From contig JABANN010000033.1 of assembly GCA_013115125.1 (NCBI GenBank), positions 62,001 to 114,427 of the forward strand: a stretch of DNA of 52,427 nt. The letters are read 5' to 3'. Shown piece after piece: positions 25,285-35,600 of this stretch (position 1 is its first letter; the number at the start of each line of letters is the position of its first letter). The notes beneath the pieces were generated by a model that had not been told where the DNA came from, did not search any database, and saw only the letters and a program-made list of their open reading frames with translations. The position numbers were made by a program, and so were the translations under genes. This stretch comes from Perkinsus olseni (lineage: Eukaryota).

Positions 25285-26504
25285 ATGCGCTGGGTCGCAT
25301 TCGTCGTGTTGATGTCTGCCTCTGTGTTTTGGCCGATCACGCTGCAAGGCTGTAATAGCAGTCCGAGCCCATTCCCACAACAGAGTGAGTTTGCACGTCT
25401 AGTCGAGGTCGTCTCCAACCGATGGGGGAAGGATGTTATCTCGAATGCTTTGGCTATCACTCTGAGTAGATCACCTAGGGTACCCGTGAGAGGGTGGTCA
25501 CGAACACTCCCATACACTATCACGGTTGCTCGAGTGTTCGCTGGATTCGCAGCGAAATTGGGCTTCCGATGTTGAATGATCGGGCCGGGATTTCGACGGA
25601 TGAAGGCGTGCGCTTCAACGCTGCGCTCAACGTGATCTTTCCGATATCCTGACAAGCCTCAATGGCATTTTAATAGGAGAATCCTGCCCGGGCAGTGTAG
25701 TCTGATGTCGAATATCCGAGTAGACGTTCATGTTGGACCTTGCAGTTTGCAGGTACAACGTCACAACCCAGCGTTACACCTACTACTCCAACAACTGCGC
25801 CGCCGACTACTGCTACCCCAACAACAGCGACACCAAGTGGGACGACCACTGGAAGTGCAACGACAAGGACGAGTACCACTCCAGGCAACACGACGACGAC
25901 ACCCTTGACGACTACGGCGACGACAACGCCGGGGACGACAACACCAAGCACAGCAAGCACAACTCCTGGCAATACGACCACATCAACTACAACGACAAGC
26001 GGCACGACGACGGATACTACAACAGCAAATGCCACGACCACGACTACTACCATAACAACGACTAACGCGACGACCACGACTACTACCACAACAACGACTA
26101 ACGCGACGACCACGACTACTACCACAACAACGACCAGCGCCACGACCAGCGCCACGACCACGGCTACTACCATACCAACGACTAGCGCGACGACCACGGC
26201 TACTACCACAGCAACGACCAGCGCGACAGTAACAACTACAAGTGCGACCACCGCGACTGAGACCACCAACGCGAAGGCCACGTCGCCTTCAACTAGAACG
26301 TCGGCTGTGACGACACCAAGGCCAACGCCGAGGGAGACCCCAACGACCACAGCGATACTTGTCTCCACGACGCCCAGCTCAACAAAATCGCAGTCGCATG
26401 TGACGACAAGTACTGCGGAGAGGGAAGGCTCAGTAAGTATGACGACTGTGAGTATACCAACTCCAACTGGGGCAGCCACGGCAGCGGATATAGAATCACG
26501 ATAG
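25285..26504 (+). CDS. Secreted Thr-rich mucin-like protein 2: signal peptide + LQGC (intron 25385-25752)
   Basis: MRWVAFVVLMSASVFWPITLQGCNSSPSPFPQQ, phase-1 GTGAGT donor, and an in-frame acceptor into the poly-Thr ORF 25740-26504. Confidence 0.75.
26020..26240 (+). repeat. Poly-Thr coding repeat with a 36-nt unit (TTNATTTTTTTT-type)
   Basis: acgactaacgcgacgaccacgactactaccacaaca is tandemly duplicated, with degenerate flanking copies. Confidence 0.8.
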
Positions 26505-27041
26505 TGGCGACGTCGCCCACGTCTTGATTCGCAGTGATGGAGTCGAGCGCTCGATTGTCGGATGAGCCAGGTGAGTTGGCTGGAATCAGGACTTTCAGAG
26601 TCGCGGGTCAAGTTATTATTCTCTTCGATTAGGTACGTCGACAACCAGTCGCAGTCTGCGACTCGCAGACGCACTCGGAGGACACGATTTCCACCATTTC
26701 GTCGGTAACGCTACCGCGTGTATCATTGTGAGGGTCGCCCCAGCGCTGATCCCAACTTTACCGGGACCATCACCGGGACCTGGAAGGGTCAACTCGCGCA
26801 GGTCTTGCTGGTCCTGTCGTCTTCTATGCTAGCCGACCTCAACGGCTATCGTTCGTTCAAAGCTGCTTACTGCAATCACGGTAGGGCTTTTCGCCATTGG
26901 TCATGCGTCACCTTTGTACGTTTATGTTATTCGGTGCTTTGTTATGTTTTACGAAGTTTCTGCCTGAAATTGCCGCTAAGTCGAGTTGCGGGGTGTGCCT
27001 GAATGCCTGATGATGCAACAGCTTTTCCACCCCTCTCAACA

Positions 27042-27505
27042 ATGGTTTTTAGTCTCCGTATCATTCTGCTCTCTACTGTGTTGGTAGCGGTCTCGCTGTG
27101 GCTAAGTGCATGCGGCCCCGCTCCCACTCTTCGGCCGTTCACCAGTGAGTTCTTGCTCCAGGTGCCATGTGAATTGCGATATTTATGTATTCAGGGGCTC
27201 CGAACCAAACTACACAGTCTCCAAGTACGACGACTCGAGGCGGCGGTCCAACACCTCAACCACCGAGGACTACGCCCACAACAACACCCGTACCACCGGG
27301 TCCAACGAGAACTACACCGTCGAGGACTACCACACCATCAACTACTTCCCCGGCAGTTCCTACTACCAGCCCACCTGCCACTACCACTCCACCAACTACT
27401 CCACCTACCACTCCCCCAACTACTCCGCATACCACTACGGCAGCGACTACTAGGACAACAGCACCCCACACGACAACTCCCCCACACCCTCCCTCAGGGA
27501 GGTAA
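27042..27505 (+). CDS. Secreted Thr/Pro-rich mucin-like protein 3: signal peptide + LSAC (intron 27145-27194; a further 3' exon is possible)
   Basis: MVFSLRIILLSTVLVAVSLWLSACGPAPTLRPFT; a 50-nt phase-1 intron joins to APNQTTQSP...TTPPTTPPTTPP. Confidence 0.72.
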
Positions 27506-27797
27506 AGTCTCATGGTATGGTGCTCGCTTCTGCCATCCATGTGCTGTTCTTGGCGCCTGATTGCGGTCTCGTACGATGCACTACAGGCCCAAGGGACAGC
27601 ACTTAAGAGCTTCCGCTCGTTCAAACTTCTGTCTTAGTACAGTACTGCAACGCACTTGTTGTACATACCAACTTATTACATTTTTTACAGGAAAAGTTTC
27701 TACTTGCACGATTGAAACTGTCGAGTTGAAGTGTCGTGAGCTTGCATGTGACATAGTGTACTCAATAACTACGCGAATGAAAGAGAAACTTTCATTG

Positions 27798-29526
27798 TCA
27801 ATCGTAAAATACCGGATAGTCAGCTAGCTCGACATCTGCCTTCCGAAGGTCCTCAATGGAATCGTTGTTCTCTTGGATGGCGTATAAGACGGCGCTGTAA
27901 AGCTCGGTGAGTGGCCGGTTGGTCCTCATCGACGACACCCCAGTGGTGTTGCTGACCACGGCGAGGTCCTCCGGCGGCAGCAGTTTGGCGCCTCCGGTAC
28001 CATATCCCAGCATGGCCAACGGTGAATGGTAGCCTTGAGAAAAGTGAGTGACTTGCAGCTCGAGACCCGCCTCGATGACGAAGTCGGGAGACACTGCTTG
28101 CGTGCTGTAGTCACAGAGTTTGCCACTCCCGTGATGACAACTGACCAAGGCGCACCCTCGAGCCTTCCATCCATCAGGAGCTCGAGGGAACACCCACTCT
28201 TGATCGAAGGCAACGAGGGCGACACGGCTACGATGATGGCTATCATCATCGGCCGTTTCCTTGCTTATCCTGAAGGTGGCTTGGCACTCCACGGTTCCGT
28301 CCGGGCTGGTGGCGCGCAGGTGATAGTGGCCCGCCCTCGATACAGCCACTTGACAACCGCCCTCAAACTCATCGAGGCTGTAGTCATTGGTAATCTCAGG
28401 AGTGCCCAGCGAACACTGACGAGATTGCTGCTGGGGCCTGGCAAATCCTCGGGACAGGTCGAGCGAGACTGCTCGGGCGGTGGGGGACTCCACCGGTGGA
28501 ATATTGATTGTACCACTGAGGACCACATCCCGAGATGATGGGGGGTCCATGTAGACCGCTACCGGCTTGCCCGTACCATCATACAGTCCACCGCCGTTGC
28601 TGTAGGCTGCTGCGTTGTTAGCAGCGACTAGACCAACTCCCAGGAACCGAGCCATGGCCTGTTGCTCCATGACGACATTATACGACGGGTAGGCCGATGC
28701 CCACGAGGTTGAAAACGCGACTAAAGATACGCCACTCCTTTGGACCATCTCGAGAAGGTTGGATACAAACAAGAGATCATAGCATACGAGCAAGCCGACC
28801 TTCACCATGGGCTTCTGTGGCAGCGCGAACACGGCGAGCTTCTTCGTTACTGGCTGGTCTATGGCCGGTGTTTCTCCGAACAGATGCCACTTGTGGTAGT
28901 ATTGTAGTACCGCACCATCGGGACCAAAGGCAACTTCAGTGTTGTACTGTTTGCCGGTAGCTGGCCTATGGAGGATGTTGGCGACGAGGGTAACATTAGT
29001 AAGGGAAGATAGGCAGCTAAGATATGCCAGAGGATCTTCGCACTGTGAAGATTCCTGGCAGTCCAGCATTAACCACTTGCAGGTAGGCTGACGCCAGCCG
29101 ATGGTGATATCTCCATGGTGAGCTACGGAGCGTCCAGCACGACGGGCCTCCTGATCACCCGCATCGGTTCCGTTGTAGTAGCCGAGTATCCAACCCCATA
29201 ACGAGGCCTCGGGTAGAACCTGACGCGAGGACGATGAAAAAGCTTAACGCGGCCCTTCATCAACGGGAGAATGCGGAAGAATTTTGGCTAGTCACGACGA
29301 GCCGCGGTCGAGCTTGGATCCTTACCACTAAATCAGGCCTTGACTTCGCTGTATCGCTGACTAGCTTGCCGAGACCAGCCAGATCACGCGCAAGGTTGTC
29401 AATGGGTGGATCAGATATGACAGCTCTCGAGGTGTACTGAACTGCAGCTACCTTCACGGCCGAGGTTGCACAAACGAGACCTATCGTTAGGGTAGCCAGC
29501 AGCACCCAGAGGGACAGACAGGACAT
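27798..29526 (-). CDS. Secreted carbon-nitrogen hydrolase, vanin/pantetheinase/biotinidase branch (exons 29326-29526, 27798-29219)
   Basis: Signal peptide, VKVAAVQY, DLVVLPE (catalytic Glu), YNTEVAF...YHKWHLFGE (Lys), VCYDLLF (Cys), followed by a Cys-rich C-terminal domain as in vanins. Confidence 0.85.
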
Positions 29527-29844
29527 TCGAACGAAAAAACCGGGTAATGACTTAATAAGGTATTGGTGGATCAATGTAGTCACCGGTAAGGTTCCAGCGT
29601 CACAACAATATCGACTAGTCGCTGATCACTTGTTATGAACGTTGCTGAGCGATAACTACGGTTTACACTGCGAGGTAATATTGCCGATAATAAACGCCAC
29701 CGCCAAGACTCGCTGATGATAGGATATGAGGCTACGGTGAATGCTTGATTGACTACCCTAGAATGACTGCAGAAACACAGCTCAGTTCACATCAGAAACC
29801 GTGGCTCATGACTCAAATACGTTACAGCAAGCATACTGCGGTAG

Positions 29845-31112
29845 CTAGTACTCGTCCTCATCGTCAACCTCGGGATCGACGAAAACGATTGTGGTCTCAG
29901 CATGGTCGAATGATACTTTATGGTATCTGACCTCGACCCTGGGTACTCACAGTTGCGCAGAGAATCTTACGCTGCTGCATCATCCAGTCTCAGTTTGATC
30001 TCGGCAATTGCCTTATCTAAGGGCTCACCTAAAACGCATCCTGACTCAGCCAAGTCGGATGTCACCCGTTGTCACCATCTTCCAAGAGCTCCTCGAGAGT
30101 GTACTTCCTCACAACTTCTTCCACGTCAATGGTGGCCTCCCGTTCGAGGAAGCCACGCCCGAAGTCCTTACCGAACCTATACCCGCTGGTGCAGCAGCGA
30201 GGGCCTTCCGAAAGGCCTACTTGTAGTAGATCTCCGGCATCCAATGGACCTTGGCCGATATCGAACAGAGCATCCGTATCTCGACATTGCGGTCATCCTT
30301 GGTCACGAACTCCTTTATGAATCGCTTTTTAGCTGGTATTTCCCTCATAGACACCAGCCGCTGCCAGAAGGGTATTATCAGTACTGCCTGAACAACAGAC
30401 CTCAGGCAACAGTTCGGGCCAAGTGGGCTCATAGGCATGCTCAGCGCTCCCCTCGGCGAGACTTCACAGGAAGACTAGTTTTCGGCCCCCAGCCATCGGT
30501 TTTTCCAATCTATCATCATCACATCAGTCCTGCTCCTGATTTTCCATGACGACAATGAATTGGGCCCGCTGGCTGTTGGTGCACTGACTCCAATGACCGT
30601 GGAGCAGTTCATTACCGATGCCAAATCGACCGAACTCTCGATCGACTTGAGAAATTTCATAGTATTCGGAATGACCAGGGCGCGCTAGCAGGTTTGTTCT
30701 CACTGAAAGCGACATGGGCCCTTCAGAGAGGCCTTGCACTAATGAACGAGCGGCACCCCTCCCCTACCTGGCTGGAATCATACACGTAGGGCTTAACATT
30801 ACCAAGACGATCCACGACCAGGGCTACATGTTGACCTGATGCAGGCCAAGGCAGAACACGGGTCGCTCAAGCCCGGATAATACCCGGTACGACTCGCACC
30901 GCCAAGAATCCTCCGAGGAAGATTCCAACGCTGCCGATGCAGATAACGAGGTTCTTCCAGTTCTGCTGTAGCCACTCTGCCTTCCCTTGCCAAGTGTTGC
31001 CCCAAAAGCGTTGGGTATCGGTAGCGGGGAAGTTGTGGGTGAGATCGAAGAGCCATCTATTGCGCCGCAGGACACCCCGGGTCCCCTGACATAATGGTGA
31101 CCGGAGGAACAT
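29845..31112 (-). CDS. Prohibitin-like (SPFH/band 7) mitochondrial membrane protein, multi-exon
   Basis: Arg-rich N-terminus, TM LVICIGSVGIFLGGFLAV, then VPGQHVALVVDRLGNVKP|AVLIIPFWQRLV...TKDDRNVEIRM...FGKDFGRGFLERE...VVRKYTLEELL, aligning by eye to prohibitin. Confidence 0.72.
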
Positions 31113-31150
31113 CTAATAAGGAACAGCTCAACTTCAAAGAAACTCTTCAC

Positions 31151-31214
31151 GGAGATTTGGTATGGATCGTGCGTTTTGTCAAGACCCAGGTTCGAATCCC
31201 GGTGGCTCCGTTTT
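31151..31214 (+). other. Degenerate tRNA-like element with a perfect B-box (GGTTCGAATCC) and T4 run
   Basis: GGAGATT TG GTAT-GGATC-GTGC GTT-TTGTCAA-GAC CCAGG-TTCGAAT-CCCGG TGGCTCC G TTTT. Only 60 nt with mismatched stems, so not a canonical tRNA. Confidence 0.35.
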
Positions 31215-31267
31215 CGGTCATTTTCGGCGGGAGCTGGCAAAGTTGTGGTGAGTTTTGAAGCCCCTTC

Positions 31268-32549
31268 ATGGCTCTACGGGCCGTCACTCGGACATACAAG
31301 GGTCCACCTGCGCCCCTTGTAGCCGGCATGGGGCTGGCCAAGCCTTTACAGTATCGCGGGGCACTTATGCGTAAAGGGCAAACTATCACTGAGGTGACGG
31401 GTGGGCTACTGAGTGATCGACCGCCTTATTAATAATGGGAATAAGGAAGACCACTGCTGTTCAGACAGAGGACGTCATCACACAAGAGGAGCTCACCAAA
31501 TTGCAACACCAGTCGGCTATTATCGTGTCCGACCCTATCTGTGATGTCGGCGAAAAGGAGGTGAAGTTGTGGTGTCAGCTGAGAAGCCCCCGTAACCGGA
31601 GTCTGCCGCAATACTCAGGTTAAGGACTTTTTAATCCCTACTAAACCGCCTGCAAAGCTGCTGATGGACTGGCTACCTAAGGTAGGCGTAGATATGTTCT
31701 TCTCTCCGTGACACTCGCTGGTCCTGTCAGCCTGTAGGGGACTGGCTGTGGTGGAGGTCGGGTCGGGCCAAGACGACGGAAAAGCTGTTCAGGCTGGTCT
31801 TGGAGAGACTTGAGAACAAACCATTGATGGAAGCATTTGGCATCACTATGGGCTTCAACCATCAGTTGTACTGGCTGACCCTTCACGCATGGATTTTCCA
31901 CCAAAAGATGGTACGCCGACTAGGGTGCTCTGCCGTTGTCCAATCATAACCACCATCAGCTACAAATAGGAGACGACAGGATGGACTACTATTTTTTCGA
32001 GCACATTTGGGTGCTGCCCAAGACCTGGCTCCTTATCAAGAGAGTCCCCGACTATCGCTTCAGCTCGGAGCTGCGGAACACGATGGAGTACCACTCTCGG
32101 CCCTGCCTGCTTAGTGATGGGTGATGGGGTGTCAGGTATAGTTATGGTGGCTGCGTAGCACTGGATAGGGCACTGCGAAGGGGGGATATCTTGGCAGCTA
32201 GACTGCAGGAGGTGGGCGACCTAAGACGGCTCCGTTGTACCGTATCTACTCAGCAACTTCACGCCAACATCCACAGTGGCGAGATCCAGAAGGACGACAA
32301 GCGGCTACTGTTATTAACTAAGTACACTGTGAGGTAGTAACGGTCAACCCGAGGCCCAGTGGACTGGCTGGGGGTCTTATCAGGCAGCTGTCCTACATAC
32401 TGCGTGTCCCCCATGATGACTTTATCTTTGCTAACTTCGTCTGGGCCGACTTTCCACTGCCATCCTATCCGGCCCGGCCCCTCCCTAACAGGGGAGCCCT
32501 CATCGATCGGAGTCGTCCAAGCCGGATGCCGCCGATCCAGCGGAGGTGA
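31268..32549 (+). CDS. CBP3: Ubiquinol-cytochrome c reductase chaperone CBP3/UQCC1, multi-exon
   Basis: Basic presequence MALRAVTRTYK; FGITMGFNHQLYWLTLHAWIFHQR, YGGCVALDRAL...ILAARL and LLLLTKYTVR|QLSYIL match the Cbp3 family. Confidence 0.78.
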
Positions 32550-32663
32550 ACTCGAAAGGAGTGCATGTACGTTTCTGATGGTCCTTCCGTGCCTGTTGTT
32601 CCGAAGGGGTGGTGGTCTTCACGCTCGGCTCGGCGAGGTAGTTTTTGAAGCTCACACCATTCT

Positions 32664-35600
32664 ATGACGGCAGCGGCGCCGCGGCTGAGACGAACGGCAA
32701 TGGAAGCTGTCCGGCAGCGGACGCGGAGCGTAGCAGGAGAGCTGATGCCTCCCCCGAGTACAGACCTCGGGCAGCAGCTGGCGGCTATCAAGATAGGCAC
32801 GGTAGTGTGGGGGTGAGGGCGCTGTAGGAGGGGTATGGATGATGGTTCAGAGAGGGACGTATGAGAGCGTGTTGGATACGATACAGCAGTACGAGGCGCC
32901 CCTCAATGGCCCGGAGACGGTGTATGTCATGCGGATGCTGGCCTTCAACCCACCCATAGAAAGGAGGAAGGTGGGAGTATCTTCCCCTGTGTTATATGCG
33001 GACTCGTATGATGCCATCAGAGGGATGCCTTGGCCCGACGTATGCAAGCTCATGCTGGATGGTCTACTGTGGAGGAGGGTGTCCGAGAGAACGCCCCTCT
33101 CCTCAATATGTCTCATCTATCCCTATTAATCAACCGGCTTATGGTAGTAGACCGGACGTCAGCTCGATAAGCTCAGAGGAGCACTTCCCTTCCTCGCAGC
33201 GAGTCAGCGTGGCTTCATCAAAGGTACTAGGCCTCCACCGAGCGGCCGAGTCCGAGGAGGTCCGCTCGGCACTGCTGCAGAGTATACCCAGTATGTATCA
33301 ACCGCAGCTGTTGTCGGTAGTACCGAGAACAGCTCTGGTGGGCTCTGCCGTGAGAATCTTTGTGCCAGGTCTTGAAGGCTCTCAATGGTTTCACTCCTGT
33401 CCCGATGGACCTAGTGGAGATGATAGAACAGCGGCTGATAAAAGTAATGATGGAGGATTAGCGTAGTAGGGCACACGTTGTGCTGCCAGCTGCTGCGTAA
33501 GGAGGATAGCTACACAGCGGACGAGCAGGGCGACAACGGCAGTACCAGAAGACGGAGGCGACCATTGCAGAGTCAAGAGCGCGTTACTGTTGAGGGGGCC
33601 CTGTCATTGCTACAAAGGCTTCCCCTCATCCATGGCCAGCGTATCACTGCAGGGGACATCGATGTCCGGACTAAGCGGCTACTGGCATGTAGGACTACCC
33701 AGGGCCAGCAGTGGTGGGCCCTTGTGTGGCACGTGGGTGATACCCATTCACATCGTCCTCAGTATTGACGAGGCGGGTGATACAGCATTGTGAATCGGAG
33801 GAAGCCACAGCCGACGAGCTGGCCAGCAGTCTCATATCGGCCTACCGATGTCTTGGCGATGACCACGCCGTGGTGAAGTCTCTGGAGCAGCTGTTCTTGG
33901 ACAACTCTAGGTGATGCCGCATGAGAAAGGGAGGGGACGATGCTGTCCTCATCAGGTTGATATCGGAGATTGAGACGGACAAGCTGACGGCGTTGGGGGC
34001 CTGTCGTCGCCTGAGCTTTGGTGTGAGGTCACAGATAGCGAATGAATGGCCTAAGAGGCATCCTCTGTTGGGTGAGGCCTCTTCGTGGTGGCTACTGCGG
34101 CATCGCTCCGTCCTACCTCAGCAATCGAAGCCATTCGGGCGTTGCGGTTTTACCATCATTTTGGCGAAATGCCTCCCGAAGCTAAGCTGACTATGATAGA
34201 GAATTGCCAAGAGTTGTTCAAGTCAGCGAGGCGGTCTAAGATGCGGCGGCAGTTGGGCATCGCCGACCTCCTCCAGCTCTGCCTTAACATAGACCCTCTT
34301 GTGTGGAACTGGGGGCTCATGAGGGAGATGCTTGGTAGTAGCAAGGGTCCACGCGGATATTGGAGGGGTATCGACGAAGCTCATAAGTCGGTTTCGGAAT
34401 TATGTGGGCTCCCAGGATCGATTCTGGGATTCGGGAGTAGCTCTCAGAGTTCATAGCCCATAGTTCATTTTGTATCATCATCTCATCGGGGCTGCAGCAG
34501 TAGGTTTTCCCGGTCGTCGAGGTTGACGTGGATTCCTGTTACCAGGCGCCCTACAAGCGAGGCAGGAGGAGTTCCCTGCCCCAGGGCTCCTGAAGGTCCT
34601 GCAGAAAGTTGCGCATCTGAGGCTGTTGGAGAAACACTCGGGCCTCGGCAGTAAGGTTATGGTCGTGGAAGTAGCATAAATGATTGCTATGCTTTAGGGA
34701 AAGTGGAGGAGCTGGTAGAGGACCTCACACTGAGAGGGGCTGGTGCCTTCACGAACCCTCATCATGTCCTGGAGGCTGCTACTGTGTTGGGGGAGCTAGG
34801 ACATTATAGACCGAGCTATGTAGAGGCCCTCACGGCACGCGCACTAGAGTTGGCAACAGGAGTAGGCGGAGCGATGCAGGGTCACGAGGAGGGTGATAAG
34901 GACCAAGGAGAGGGTGAAGATGGTGAGCGGGGCGTTGAGGAAGAGCAAGATGAGCAAGTGGAGGCAAGTGAGGAAGGGGAACAGAGTCAGGGGCGATTGT
35001 TCCCATCTGGAATGAATGGTTGGGATGACTACATCATTACGTTCAAGAGGGCCATTGAGAAGTACCAGACTGGGACCAGCCTCGAGGCGCTGGACAGGGC
35101 GGTAGAGGCCGTCGTTGGAGATGAGGCTCGCTTCAATCGACTTACGATGAACTCCCTCACGTATCTGGTTACCTTCTCGGAGGAATATAGACGTAAGTGC
35201 CTTGATAAGATGCAGGAAATGATGAAGGTAATAACCAGGAGGCGTTGCCACTAGACCGACAGTTGGCGTGCGCTGATTATGGTCTCGTGCTGCTGCTGTT
35301 GCTACCGCCATACTGTATCATCCCCTGGCTATCGTAGGGTCGCCCCTTTATTGAAGTTGGTGCCTGCGAGAGTACGTATCGGTGAGCCTCTTCTCGCTGT
35401 GTGTGGGTACCCACTGTGTACTGTGCAACGGCTGATTTGATTCTCAGCGGGCCCGCTCACGTCCACGTTGTTGATTCTCATGACTTACAGCGAGCTGGTT
35501 GAGGTTCTTCGAAGGATTCACCCCATCTCGAGAGCAGCTACCAATGCTTTCCACATTCGAACCATCAACACTTCTGTACTTTTCTCAATTTCTAGATTCT

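Noticed and set aside
24234-27624. Long Val-rich antisense ORFs (24234-24710, 25670-26674, 27256-27624)
   Set aside because: These are mirror images of Thr-codon (ACN) repeats on the + strand, not independent membrane proteins.
29728-29740. ACCGTAGCC on the minus strand, matching the start of the perkinsid/dinoflagellate spliced leader
   Set aside because: Only 9 nt match and the following TTGGCTCAAG part is absent. TTGGCTC fragments near 38570 and 51793 are likewise too short to call SL relics.
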